A stretch of DNA of 64,000 nucleotides from Antedon mediterranea (GCF_964355755.1 NC_092674.1:2728001-2792000), one strand, 5' to 3'; shown: positions 41,501-56,500, counted from the first letter of the stretch. Made by a program: numbers and translations. Notes: generated by a model from the sequence alone, not told the origin.

Positions 41501-44500
41501 GTATTTGCATTATTAACACATACAAATTCTACGTTTTATGTGTAAAATGGTCAAGTTAAGTCCAAGAACTGATTGAAATGTCTGTAACGATTACTTTGGT
41601 TCGTGAGACGTATGACTTTATTGCTGTTTTCAACATGCATTTGCATAATCAGGCATTCCAGAATGTCTAACTCAACTCAGAGATATTCAAGTTCACGATA
41701 ATATTTCTATGTTCAAAACTCAAAATATCAGTCACAAATATAAGATATAAATCAGGTAATTTCTACAGTGAAATGCATTCAACATTTATTCAAAATGGTT
41801 CAGAAAGTAAAATATTAAATAAAGATGTCATCTCTTGATTTATATTTTTTTTGTGGTTAACTACTTTATTTAATTGATTGAGTTTGTATTGTTTGAATAG
41901 AAAGAAATGTACAAACAAAATAAATGTGTTTAAATTGAAGTAAACAGAAAAAAAAAAAGGTACTGAACATTAAATCAATTAGGAATGTTATCTGAATAAT
42001 ATAAAACTATAAATAAAATCAAATATTTACGGCAATTTATCTGGAAAACGTATGACCATAAATAAAATTAAGAAAATCAATGACCAAATCAATTGTCACA
42101 ATCAAATTAATTTATCAACAAACTAGAGTGTCTGACGTAAAACTAACAGACACAATTTGGTTAAAAAGCTGTTTTTATATAATTATGTGAGTATTTTAAT
42201 GCGGTGATTCTGGCTTTGTGCTAAATTTTTTGTATAATAAATTATTAAAATTAATAAAAATTAGGAGGCTTTATGTTTAGAATTTATGGTTAATAAGCTA
42301 TGTTTATGTTTTTATAGAGTGAAAAAAATATAATACAGCTTGAATGAGAGATAAAATCCTGATAGTTATAAAATACTAACATTAAAAGTTAACATCCTAT
42401 GTTTAGAATGATCTATCTATTATAATCACAAATTCTAGTGAATTAATGTCATAATTTTTTCCTTAACTCACAAATCCAGAGAAACAAGATATATTAAATA
42501 GCGCCCTCTATAAATCAGCTGTGATACAATTACAGTACTGTATAATATATAACTATTGGGTACAATTAGTCTACTGCTGTAGTATATTTTATTTCCCAAG
42601 AAAAATGTTTTCAGTATTAATAGTAAATGTGTATTTTGTTTTTTGTTAAAAAAATTTGTTATTGCTAGAGATTATCTAGCATAGCCGAAAGTCTATTGAA
42701 GTCTCTAGGAGAAACAAACTGACTGAAAGCCAAATTATTTATTTCTCTAAATATTTCAAAAAAACAAAGGAAATAGTATCGCCAGAAATTCTCGAAAACA
42801 AGATCATCGTCAACATTGAGTCATACTGAAAGAAATCATAAACTGATCTTATCAAATATTAGATTAAATACATGGCCAATCAGAATGGCTAAATAACGAG
42901 AGTTGTTATTGCTACCTCTAGAGGGCCTCATACAAAAAAAATGTATAAATATTTTCATTTCATAAATTCAAACAATTAACCATTACAGTAGATAAAACCC
43001 ATATTATTGGGATACCTATAGGACCATTGAAGAAAGTTTCTCCTTAATAGGGGTTTCCTCTAAATAGAGGTTGGGCATGGTGTAAAACATATATTCCCCT
43101 CATTCATTTGATATGTGTCCCCTTAATAGGGGTGTCCCTTGAATAGAGGTTGGGCGTGGTGTAAAACATATATTCCCCTCATTCATTTGATATGTGTCCC
43201 CTTAATAGGGGTGTCCTTTGAATAGAGGTTGGGCATGGTGTAAAACATATATTCCCCTCATTCATTTGATATGTGTCCCCTTAATAGGGGTGTCCCCTGA
43301 ATAGAGGTTGGGCATGGTGTAAAACATATATTCCCCTCATTCATTTGATATGTGTCCCCTTAATAGGGGTGTCCTTTGAATAGAGGTTGGGCATGGTGTA
43401 AAACATATATTCCCCTCATTCATTTGATATGTGTCCCCTTAATAGGGGTGTCCTTTGAATAGAGGTTGGGCATCCAGGTGTAAAACATATATTCCCCTCA
43501 TTCATTTGATATGTGTCCCCTTAATAGGGGTGTCCCCTGAATAGAGGTTGGGCATGGTGTAAAACATATATTCCCCTCATTCATTTGATATGTGTCCCCT
43601 TAATAGGGGTGTCCCCTGAATAGAGGTTGGGCATGGTGTAAAACATATATTCCCCTCATTCATTTGATATGTGTCCCTTAATAGGGGTGTCACCTGAATA
43701 GAGGTTGGGCATGGTGTAAAACATATATTCCCCTCATTCATTTGATATGTGTCCCCTTAATAGGGGTGTCCCCTGAATAGAGGTTGGGCGTGGTGTAAAA
43801 CATATATTCCCCTCATTCATTTGATATGTGTCCCCTTAATAGGGGTGTCCCCTGAATAGAGGTTGGGCGTGGTGTAAAACCTATATTCCCCTCATTCATT
43901 TGATATGTGTCCCCCTTAATAGGGGTGTCCCTTGAATAGAGGTTGGGCGTGGTGTAAAACATATAATCCCCTCATTCATTTGATATGTGTCCCCTTAATA
44001 GGGGTGTCCTTTGAATAGAGGTTGGGCATGGTGTAAAACATATTTTCCCCTCATTCATTTGATATGAATGTGTCCCCTTAATAAACAGGGGTGTCCCCTG
44101 AATAGGGGTTGGGCGTGGTGTAAAACATATTTTCCCCTCATTCATTTGATATGTGTCCCCTTAATAGGGGTGTCCTTTGAATAGAGGTTGGGCATGGTGT
44201 AAAACATATTTTTCCCGCATTCATTTGATATGAATGTGTCCCCTTAATAAACAGGGGTGTCCCCTGAATAGGGGTTGGGCGTGGTGTAAAACATATATTC
44301 CCCTCATTCATTTGATATGTGTCCCCTTAATAGGGGTGTCCTTTGAATAGAGGTTGGGCGTGGTGTAAAACATATATTCCCCTCATTCATTTGATATGTG
44401 TCCCCCCTTAATAGGGGTATCCTTTAAATACAGGTTGGGCATGGTGAAAAACATATTTTCCCCTCATTCATTTGATATGAATGTGTCCCCTTAATAAACA

Positions 44501-47500
44501 GGGGTGTCCCCTGAATAGGGGTTGGGCGTGGTGTAAAACATATATTCCCCTCATTCATTTGATATGAATGTGTCCTCTTAATAAACAGGGGTGTCCCCTG
44601 AATAGGGGTTAGTCTGTATCATAAATACTATAGGCAAGACACATAATGTGCTTAGCATCTTTCAATTCTGATGAACAGTATGATGAAGATTTCTACCTTT
44701 TAATAGCCTCAATAATAATTCATTAAACTTGCGAGAAATTACACATATACTTAGGAAATGATTTAATTAACTTATTCTGGCCGAATTAAATTCTGCCCGT
44801 TCTGTCCCGTCTCTTTTAACTTAATAACAAAACTTTCAAGTATTTCCAATTAGCTGTACTAAATTATTTATATCACCTTTGAATTTAATAATTTAATAAT
44901 TTCTAATGCAAAATGCAACTCCAAATAAACCAAAGAAATAAAATATTGTATTTGGGAGGAACAAAAAAAAATGGGGGTAATAGTCTATAATTTAGTGGGC
45001 CAGTTATGGTTTTGAATGAAAATTTAAGTTCCATATAAAAAGTAGCATTTTCAAGTTGAATCCTTAAGGTGTCATAACATGTTGTCTCCTGTACAGCACA
45101 CTTTTCAATTCTTGAGTACTGTACAACTAAACATAGAATCTTAAGCTCTGTCTACACTATCAAACAAGTTTGCCCAAAAAAAGTGTGATGTGCTCAAATA
45201 TGGTAGTTACCGTACTGACGCGGGTATAAGCCCACCCCCCTCGAACATGAAATCACGTCAAGTTTGGGGGGTGGGCTTATACCCGAGCATCCAAAAATGC
45301 AGATCGTCAAAAACAGCACATGTACACTGTGTATTTCCACCATGCGAGCGAGCGCCCTCACGTGTACGACGTTGCCTCTAAATACACGAGGTGTAGAGTG
45401 TCGGAAAATTAAGCTTATAGTTTTAGAATAGAATTTATCAAGCAGAAAAGCAAGTATACAATGTTCGTTAAATAGAAATGTACCCAGGGATGTCACCACG
45501 CTGGTCGGCGCTGGTCGGCCCCGACCAGCACTCAACATTTCCGACCAGGATTTACAGGCTGCCGACCACCACTACTATTTATTAATCATTACGATATTTA
45601 TATTAGGCCTAGGCCTTACTAAAATTCGTACTGAAACATTTTACCTAGCACATTGTTAATTACAGACAAGCTAGCCTCATTCATATAGATAAGACAAAAG
45701 ACTACAGCAAATGTTTCCGTGGTTACGTACGTTACTTTATTTGTAACACAATACCAGGCCTACCCTGCCCTGGTATTCATTGTTACAGCTTGTGAGTCAT
45801 GGCGAACAACGTGCTACACAGCACAGTGTACAAGTTTAAAGTTCACAAAGCGACCATTCAAGCGTTTTATTTTGCACAGATTAAAAATACAAACAAGTAC
45901 GCAGTAATTAAAAATGTACAACTACATAGACCCAAACAAAATAATTTTTAATTGCTGAATGTTTTGTCACCCTGCTTTAATTATATTATGTTACTAGTTT
46001 TACATTTTGTACTCTACGAACTATTAAAAAAAATAAAAAAACATGCGCATGGTTCAGTGAGACCCGGCATGTTCGTTCGTTAATGATCGTCGAGCATGGT
46101 ACAATAATTACACGTCCCTGGATAAACACGTGTCTGTTCTTGCCGGCCATGCACTACATGCTTGCCGCACAGTTGTGAAACAAAAAATCCGGAATTCGCG
46201 AATACGCTAAAAAACTCTCGCGCAAAAGAACACGAACATTATATCGAGCAACAAGTAGTATTAAGGTCTAGGCTAATAATTTATCTACAGTATTTGATTA
46301 GGGATTAGGCCTAAATAAGGAAGCGCCTGTTTTTGTGGAATTCAGATTTTGGGGCATCTATCTAAGCCTTGGCTAGGCCTAGTAGTGGTCGTAGTGTCTA
46401 CCAAGGCTAGGCCTAAGCCTGACGCGATCTATTGCTATTCATTTCGTATGCGTTTTTTTGTTTTCGCGAATATTAACGGCGACTCCCCGGTGGTACAAGG
46501 TTAGGCCTAGACCTGACGCAATTTGTTGTTATTTATTTTCATAATTCTTTATGTTTCGCTAAAATAACGACAACCCCCGGGGGTATACCCCCGGGGGTGT
46601 ACCCCCCCCCCCCCCCCCCCGGGCGGAATTTGCCGACCTGCACTCCAAAAAGCTGGTGACATCCCTGTGTACCAAAGAAATTTAATAAGCTTGTTTATGG
46701 CAGCCGATACCAAATAGTGGTTTTCCGTTTTGGCGACTTGTATGTAGCGTTGTGTGTGAAGCGATCTTCGACCGTGATGGAGTGTAAACAAAACAGGACC
46801 ACTAGGCCTCATATGGCATAGCGTATATTAGCCTAGCTTGGTTATGATCAAAGGTAGGTGTATTCGGTGTATGGACGTCGCCAAATACAAAAATATGTAT
46901 TACGACACACACTGTTGATCTTCGAATTAATGGGTGGGCTTATACATCATCATCATGTCCATATACTGTATGGGCACATCACATCACAAAGTTTGATAAT
47001 GATAGTGTAGACAGAGCTTTTATAGTTATTTAGGTGGTACTGTATACTATCATTAAACTCCTTTCCTGGGTCCCATGTTAACCAATAGAATGTGTTTAGT
47101 GTACAGTATAAATCCAGTATAGTAAGCTTATCTAGCTGTATTGATTCTTTCACTACACCTCTCACTCCTTACTAACGACACCAATATCAGTTCCCGCGTG
47201 ACACTTCACGTCAATATATCGGATTGACCGACTCTGTAGCTTGCCACGTCTTTGCGGAGTAACCTACTCCCGAAGATGTAAACCTTAAATTATGAATGCG
47301 TGTCATGGTTAATTAAATTTCTTACCAAGATACATTAAATAAATGTATGTGTTCATGTTTCAAATCATGTGTTGATACATGAATGTTATTAGGCATGACA
47401 TTCTAAGCACAGAAGAAGCATGTCCTGTTTTTACATAATTCCTGCTGCTTTATTCATCCAATCTGAACGTATCTTATCTACACATCTAAAATTGTAGGAT

Positions 47501-50500
47501 TTAACATTATGTTATTTTATCTTTAAAAACATCTTGGTGACGGTTGAATGCCAATTTTAAAAAAAGATTTTACTGATTTATTTACATACTTATAAACCAA
47601 TTCTAATTTGAGGCTTACATTAGGGAGTAGAGTTAAAAGTTAAAACCCTGGCACTAGTGTAGGTCAGAATTGAACCCTGGATCTTTGGATTGGAAGGCAA
47701 GTATGTTAACCAATCCACTATTAATATTCTATAGACACACTGGATTTATTTCTAATGTAAAATTTAAAGCAACAATTAAACTTGAAATATTAGTTTGATA
47801 GGCAATGTCAATTTTCTAGCTAAAGTAACAGTTAGGCATAAAATAAATTAATAATAATATTAAACTTTAAAACAGCCAATCCTATACAAAAATTTTAAAA
47901 TAAAGAGGTGCCTATATGCATGGGTGGAGGAGGTATCATGGGTGATACCACTACCTTGGGAGAGGTGCTCAGGACACCTTTTGAGTTACGTTCTCCCCTC
48001 AAAACGAAAAAGCCTACACATGTCGGTTTATCCAGCTATTAACTAGAACCAAACTAGACTACTAAACTACTGTCTAGTACAGTAATATTTATAAAAAATA
48101 TACGGACAAATTACTGTAGTTATATACTATACAGTAATATAGACTAAAATAGATCTATGACGATGCACTGTGCAGGTTCCAGCAGTGACCTGACCCCATC
48201 GCTATTACCCCTGTATAGCATTCTAAAACTGACTGATTATACTGTATGAAAAAAGTTCATAATTGTTCAAATGTGAATTTGCCTTTTTTCTCAATATATC
48301 AGAAGGTTATCAAAAGGTCTCGTACAATATTTGTGCAAAGTACTGTAGGTCATCACACAGTACTATAACTTAGTATTCTATTCTATTCAGGTTTTTATAT
48401 GGCGCCCTACAAAGAACAGAGCGCCTAACAATACTTAGTAATTAATTAAACAAACATAGATCACAACATTGTTTTACAGTTTACAATTAAGCAGATTTAA
48501 ACAAGAAAATCTGAAATCGTAAAAATATATAGAATACAAGAATTACATCAGCGCGGTTTGATTAGATTTCTAAAAACAGTTTAATGTCATTTTTTAATTC
48601 TGTTAAACCACCTTTACACCATCTAGTTCCTGCAATGAATAATTAATGAGAGATAGCCTAACCTTGAACCTCCATTTCCTTCCTCTAATGAGATTGTAAT
48701 GAGATAGGATTACATAGGTCAAACTATTAAACAGGGTACTACTACTATTATAAACATTAAAATCAGATATCGTGATGGGGATATGGGGAAGGGGGAAATG
48801 GGGTGGTACATTTTAAATCAAACACTAATGATTTGTGATTGAGTGAGAAGGAAAGGGGCGTGGTTGGGTATATGCACATACACGAAAAACCTAAGTTTTT
48901 GCAACAACTAAGTCAACAATTTATTTTCATAGGCATTATCCAATAGCGAGTAACTCGCTAATTACAGGATGGATAAGCTATTTTATAATTACAGTATCAT
49001 GCTTTATAAATCTAAGTCTCATTTGAGGCTTAGGAAGTGGAGTTGAAAGAGTTGAGCGAGTAAGTTACAATGCACTACTGTAGGTCAGGATTGAACCATG
49101 GACCTTGGGATTGGAAGGCAAGCATGTTAACCACCAAGCTACGGCTCCACTTACATTTTTTTTAAAGCAACAACGCAGTTGGGCGCAGTTTCTTGGTTCA
49201 AGTCATATCTACATTACAGCATTAATATTTAATTTATCCAAACAATCAATAAGTCCAATTATATAGTTGACACAGAGATACAGTCAACTCTCCCAATACC
49301 GGACTCTCTGAAAACCAGAAACTCTCCCAATACCAGACTTTTTTTGAGGACCAAAAGGTCCCAAATTTATATTTACCATTAAAAACACATTCCGAATACC
49401 AGACTTTCCGGAAAACCAGACTTATTTGGCCGGCCCAAAGGTGTCCGGTATTGGGAGAGTTGACTGTAGTTGCATAATAATAGCCGAGAGCAGTTGAGTT
49501 AAACATTAAGATAGTGCCTGAGTACAGTATCATACAGTGTGAAACTAAACAATACAAATTATAAATGTTCTATCATAAAATTGAATTATCTCGGTCAACT
49601 TTCATCTTGTGTTTCTCTATGATCGTTAAGTTCATGCTTCTACTGTGAAAAAATAACTAGTAATAACAGATTTAACTCAAACTTGGCAACAGAAACAGGA
49701 CAAATTTCAATAACCGGCAATCTAAAATTATGGTTAAAAACACGTAAATTTATTCATTGATTGATTGATTTGCCATATAACTGGTTATTGTTGCAGCAAC
49801 GCAGAATAACGGTTATTTGAATGACGTTGATAGATCGCCTGATCGCATTGCAGGTTGGGTAATGTTAACGATTTTTGATAGTAGATCCTTTCCTTTAGGA
49901 CATCCCTATTAAGTGGACACATTCTCATGAGCTGTAGCTTGGTGGATGCTGCTTGCCTTCTACTGTAATCCCAAGTTCCGGGGTTCAATCCTGATCTAGT
50001 GGCAGGGTTGTATCTTATGAAATACGTTTTACTGATACTAACACTATGGCCAACCCCTATTCAAAAGATAACTAAAGCGGCCACTTTATTTGGTCCCCAA
50101 GTTATCCCATTAAAGCGCATACTATTAATAATACTATTTGATTTTATACAAAACATTCCAATAAATAGCTACAATATCAGTATTTGCATAGAATATCATT
50201 CATTAGTCTACAACTAATGAGACCTAATTGAAAATAGGCCATAGATTGATACAAGTAGTTGCCTAAAGATACTAAGAATAATTACCCGTGATAGTGAATG
50301 CTTAGGGCTATTATCACAATGATAATCTCACAAGTGAGTTTTAACTGTATCGGGTGGCTAGCCTACAATGTGTTCATATATATATATTAACATTTTTTTT
50401 TAAATAAAAAAATTTAAGAAAAAAAAAAGATATTTCCTGCTAAAAAAAATTGCTTAAAAAATGTTAACTTCTTAAACATGAATAAAAGGTCTATACTAGC

Positions 50501-53500
50501 ACACAAGGCCAAAAACCAAACTTCCTGGTCATGTCACCAGACCACAATCACTGGCCTAAACTGACTGAAACACAATATAGTCGTTCTACACTAAATATTA
50601 TCTGATATCAGCATAGGGGGCATAGTTCAAATGTGAACTATCGGCCAGAAACTAGATTTATCTAGTTTGTTGTGTGTTCAATTAACACTTACTTGACCAT
50701 TGGTCACATGACCACCATTCACTGATTCACTTGGATTGAGATAGATTAAGGGACTTAAAAGTCTTACTAGAGAGTATTGTAAAATAACGTAATAACTGTA
50801 TTATATTTAAATAATACACTGTATATTTCTTTCCTGATGATTAAATAACGCTACTAACAAGTTGAGCTTTCCTTTAATGCTGCTTTTATTGTTCACTACG
50901 CCACAAGATTTGACTTATTTCCATATTATACTGAACAAGCATGCAAACAAAGCACAACAAAAACGGAATCATTGGGATAGCACCAGCAGAGATATGTAGT
51001 ACTACTGTAGCCCCAATTCCTGGCACTAAAGACTATAGTACAATGTTTTACTGTACTCTGACCATTCCTTACCCCTTTTAAAATTGCGATATTAAACAGT
51101 AAAGTATATTTTGACAAAACTAAACATAAACATTTTTTAGTTGAATCTATTTTGATCAAAATTGGATCTAAAACAAAATTTATTTTCCTGAAAAAAACTG
51201 TAATTTAAAGCAACAAATGGTCAAATTGGCTGCCAGCCAATGGATTTTTGGTTGAATTTAATCATTTATTGTGTTTATTTTATAAGTGAAAACACTATTT
51301 TTTTTCGTTTTCTTTTCTACAGAAGTGATAAACTTTATTATATTACTACAAAATAACCTATTCAAAGTCTAATTTAATTAATTAATCTTCATTTTTCATG
51401 TTTTTGGGGGACAACACATATTTAATTAAGAGAAGCCTGTGATAAGAAAATTAACGCCCCCAATGGTTTGTTATGATTTCAAATGTACTTTACTCTAAAG
51501 AAAGATTCACATTCATTTTGATTCGCTTTAACTGTATTTTGTGTCTTTTATGTGTAAACTGACTTTGGGGTTGGGCCAACCGGCTTAGCTACAATGATTA
51601 AGTTCACTTAGGTTGACTCTGGTCTCCCCAATTTCATTTATTTTGTTATGTATATACTGAAATAGACAGAAAAATAATGAAATGAAAGCAGACAACTTTT
51701 AGCCAAGTCTCTCCACTGAACGTGTACTGTAACCTATAAAGCCACAATCAAATACTACCATGCTGGCGTCATAATGGTTCCTCTAGTCCCAGGGTGTTCT
51801 TCAGGGACGTTATCTTATTTAATAATCTTTGAGATCAAATTCATATGATATATAAAATATTTACAGTTTTACAAAGTGACTGAAGCGGTTATTTCCTGTA
51901 GTACAACAATTTCCGGATGAAGACAAGCTCACTAAATGATACTAAAATAATAATAAATTTAACAGGTAAAATAGGTCAACATCCACAGTAGTACTACAAT
52001 ACAGTAACTGTAGGCTTCGTCATCATTGATGATGATAACAACATACTGTAGCAGTATACAAAGGAAAAGGATAAATGCTCATGAATACATACAGGCCTAG
52101 TACAGGTATGCAGTAGTATAGTACATTCATTGAATGAAGACATACAGTGTAAATACTGTATACAATGGACATGATGATGTCATATCACTACCATATTTGT
52201 GAATATCACTACCATATTTGTGAATATCACTACCATATTTGTGAATATCACGACCATATTTGTGAATATCACTACCATATTTGTGAATATCACTACCATT
52301 TTGTGAATATCACTACCATTTTGTGAATATCACTACCATATTTGTGAATATCACTCTACCATTGTTTATACCTGTACCCCTCCCGATACTACTACCACAT
52401 TTGGGCACATCACATTGTGATAGTGTAGACCGAACTTTAACCTTGTAAAAATGTTAGTAAACAAGGTTTAAAACAAACGCTACATTTCTTTCTAAATTTT
52501 AGGACAACTTTGGGTCAAGGTATCTCCTCTACAAAACCGAGATAGCTTTGTAAATATTTGAAAGTATGAATAAGTAAACACACATGCTATGAACTCAAAC
52601 CACAAGATTTAATCATACAGTACTTTTCCATGAATGACATGCCTATGACCAGATGTACTGTACTTCGTTCCTTATTTACCTACACAGTTTATAATTTATG
52701 AATAATTTGACATTGTAATCTACAGTACAGTATAGATTTTGAATGATTTTATTTTATTTCTTCATATATTACTGAGGTGTACCTACTTTGCCCTATGCAT
52801 GTGTGATGTCCTGCACTGTATACACACATTACCAATGGCTTTACATCTCATCGGAAGGACGATGTAATGGGGGTAAAATAACATGCCTACAGTAAAGGAG
52901 ACAAACAATATGGCACAGACAGGCTGATCTCAAACACATTTCTCTCAGAGGCTAGTTCGATATCCCATACCATTACAGTACTATACTCTAGTCTTTCTAA
53001 GCTGGGAACTCAACTGTTACATACTGAACTTGTCAATTATACCCTCTCTACTGAAAGAATACAGTATTTATTACTGTATACTAAGTGGGATACAGTATTA
53101 AATTGAACTACTGTATACTGTACAGTATACAGTATACTACAGTACAGTATTGTATACTGTACATACTGTTAACAGGTTTAATAAATAGTAAATAAAATAA
53201 TAATAAATAGTCTTTAGACTGCACTGTACAGTAAAGCAAAACATTGTATTTTAAAAATTTGTACAGAGTATGACAACTTATTGTTGCCAAACTATTACTT
53301 GGAATTACCGGTATTTAGTTTTCTGAATGGAACGATAAATTTTTTCTGTAGTTACCGTAACATACCGTTCGAAAAAATACTGTACTGTACTGTATTTTAA
53401 CAGTACATTATTCGTTTTACAGTACAGAAAGAAAATACTGCAACTTTACCTACGAAGTAGCTTCGTAGATAGAACGTAGGCTACGTTGTTGGCTTCGTAG

Positions 53501-56500
53501 GTTCCATTGTTTGGCTTCGTAACCTCAATAAACAACTTTCAATGAGCTACGTTCTGAACTTCGTAGGGAGTTCGTAACCTAAATAAACAACCCTACGATG
53601 TTCTTAGTGAAGTAAGGTGTGAAATTAATGTGTTAAATTTAACTGGCGGAGGACAAAGTTGTAAATTAATAAAAAATAAATAATATTTTTTAATCGTAAT
53701 CTTAATAAATATAAATTTCCCACGATGTATAACGTAGAGAGAGACATGATCCAACACAGGTGAACCGCAACGAATAGGCCAACTAATAAACATAATATAG
53801 CGAAAGTCCAGTCCCATCCAGAAACGATGCCGAGAAAAAAAGATCGTAAACAATTCATTCTAAATATAGCATCAGGATGTTCAGTCGGTCGCTCAAAAAG
53901 ACTGCCGACAGAAGACCGTAATTAATACAGACCTAGGCTAGTTTTTTTTTGTCACATGGCATGAAACGCGATACTCTCTGCTTAACTTACCGCAATCTCT
54001 CACATGTTTTTTTTAGAGCACGAGAGGGTGGCTACCGTCTGACGACGATAAAACAGTAATTAAGATCGTGTACCTGGATTTTGTGTCACATGACATGAAA
54101 CATAATACTCTCTCTAAGCTGCTGCTCAGCTCACATGTTTTTTCCCCTCCAAATTCTGGTCGGGCCTTTTTCTTTATACATGTCGTAATCATTTTAAAAG
54201 GCATATGTATGTTAAATCTTAATATGGAATATATATTTATTTTGCATATATTTTGTTGGTGTCCTAGCGTAGGTGTCGTTGTTTTTATAATTCGCTAACC
54301 CAACAAGGTAGGAATAAATAATTTATAGTGTAGGCCGCCGAAATAGGCTAGGCCTAGCCTCGACTCTCTCTAGGTGAGCCGAGGTCCACCGGCCTGATGT
54401 CGTTTCGTCGGCGGATTTCCGTCCAAATTAGGATAACCGATGCGTAGGGCGGCTACAAAAATTGACCTACTATCTTTAGGTAGGATTTTAATTAGCAAAC
54501 AATACATTGTTTGTTTGCATTGTCCATGCTTCTACGAACCACCCTACGATCGAGGCGTAGCCTAGATTTCATAACAATACATTGTAGGCTACGAACAATA
54601 CATCGTAGGAGAGAACAATACATCGTAGGCTACGAACAATACATCGTAGGCTATGAACAATACATCGTAGGCTACAAACAATACATCGTAGGCTACAAAC
54701 AATACATCGTAGGAGAGAACAATGACCTACGTTCTACCTACGATCTACCTACGAAAGCCTACGCGTAGATACGAAGCAGTAATTTCTTTCTGTACTGTAT
54801 GAGTGTCATTGTCAAAATACTGTACAAGGCATTTCATTGTTGTTACACTGGATGTTGTGTTGTATACCAAAAGTGATAACTTTATCACATTTGATAAACT
54901 GTGAAATACATTGAAACGTAAAGCCATCTAAATTGTAATACAATAATGACAACATTATTCAAAGAATTTTTCAATAACTTCCTACTGCCAATTCCTATGC
55001 TGTTTCCTGCCTGCCATGCCATTATACTATTACTATCCAATCACTCCAAAAATTATAAGAAAAGTATGTCGCTCTTCTGAGCAGAGTGTGCATACCGGTA
55101 TCTGTACTGTGCTACTGTATCAGTACAATACGTACGATACAGTATCAAGCTAAATTTTATCAATTAATATGTGAATGTACGTTACTGTCTATTTTTCAGA
55201 ATTTGTTTATAATCCATTGAATGAAACACAAATTTAGAAAAAATTACAATTCCCAAATTCATATCTTTTACAATCATCATCAGAACCCCTTATGTCTCTT
55301 GAATTGACAATACACAAACCAGGCCCCCAGGCTAAATAATGAGGGCCCCCCCCCCACCTCTATCACAATGTTGGATCCGCCCCTTACCATGGTGATGGTG
55401 TACATTGTACAGTACCCCATACTGTGTACACTGTGTTTCATGGTATGTAGTAAACAGTAATGTCCATCTACAAAATTCTTTTTAAAAGCACTGTTGTTGA
55501 CAAAATTTGTATACAATGTAAATTGTACTATACTGTATCTGTTGTGCTAATTTGTATTAAAGCCCTTTCCAATGTATGAGGAACCTACAATTCATTTATC
55601 TGGATATAGTATGGATTTGAAAGAGAACTATGGCGACGTATTGAACTTTAGAAAGCAGATCAACAATCCTTATATTGTTTTTCTTCCCTTTCTCTCTAGA
55701 CTGCTTTATAAAAAATAAATTGGATTAAATGAACACAATACCGGTAGTCATACAGAAAAACAAAAATATTATGAATGAAACATGACGTTCAATATCATTT
55801 AAATTTTACGATATTATTTCATTTTCAAATATAAAAACACAATTAAGAAAAAAAGACAAATACATACCCATCTTTTCCCTCACCATCATGCGATAGATCT
55901 CCGGGTCCTCGGGCTCCGTCGCTTCCTAATTCATGGATTAGACCTTCCAGGCCTATAGAAGGTTGGGTTACAGAGTCTGTCTTTTCTTTTCCTGCTTTGG
56001 TATCGTTCACCTTTTTATTTTCAGTTCCTGTACTTTCACTGACCAGATCGTGACCTGGCAAATGCACAGAACTGGCAGCACTTGATGCTTCAGAATTTGT
56101 AGCATCTTTTTCACTTTTATTTTCAACTATACTATTTACACTATTTGTATTTACGGATTCATTGACATTAACATTAGCAACAGGGGGTCCATGGAAGAAA
56201 TCTTTACATGTCCACCTCCCCTTATGTACAGGCTCAACATGAGCAACTTTTACTACTTTGAAACGTGATGGTCCATTGCCATTATTTGCTCCTTTGTCTT
56301 GTACTGATGCTTTTGAGCTTTTTTCCTCTAATGGGGGTGAATTGGAAGAAGGCTGTGGTGACAAACTACGAAGGGATCGTTCAAGATCCGCCGTACTTTT
56401 TGATGCATCAGAAATAATAGACGTATCGTCTGCACGACTTTCGTCCAACTCATCATTACTATCAATATCCTCATTGTTTACACCAGAATTGTCTGCATCC

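Noticed and set aside
43040-44610. CRISPR-like appearance of regular repeats (also at 60304-60767 and 7016-7700)
   Set aside because: The units are contiguous with no unique spacers, there are no cas genes, and the context is eukaryotic.
47327-47396. Further candidate TSC22 first exon (MPNNIHVSTHDLKHEHIHLFNVS, phase-2 GTAAGA donor)
   Set aside because: It is in frame but has no convincing TATA/Inr. Such matches are expected by chance in a 25-kb intron.
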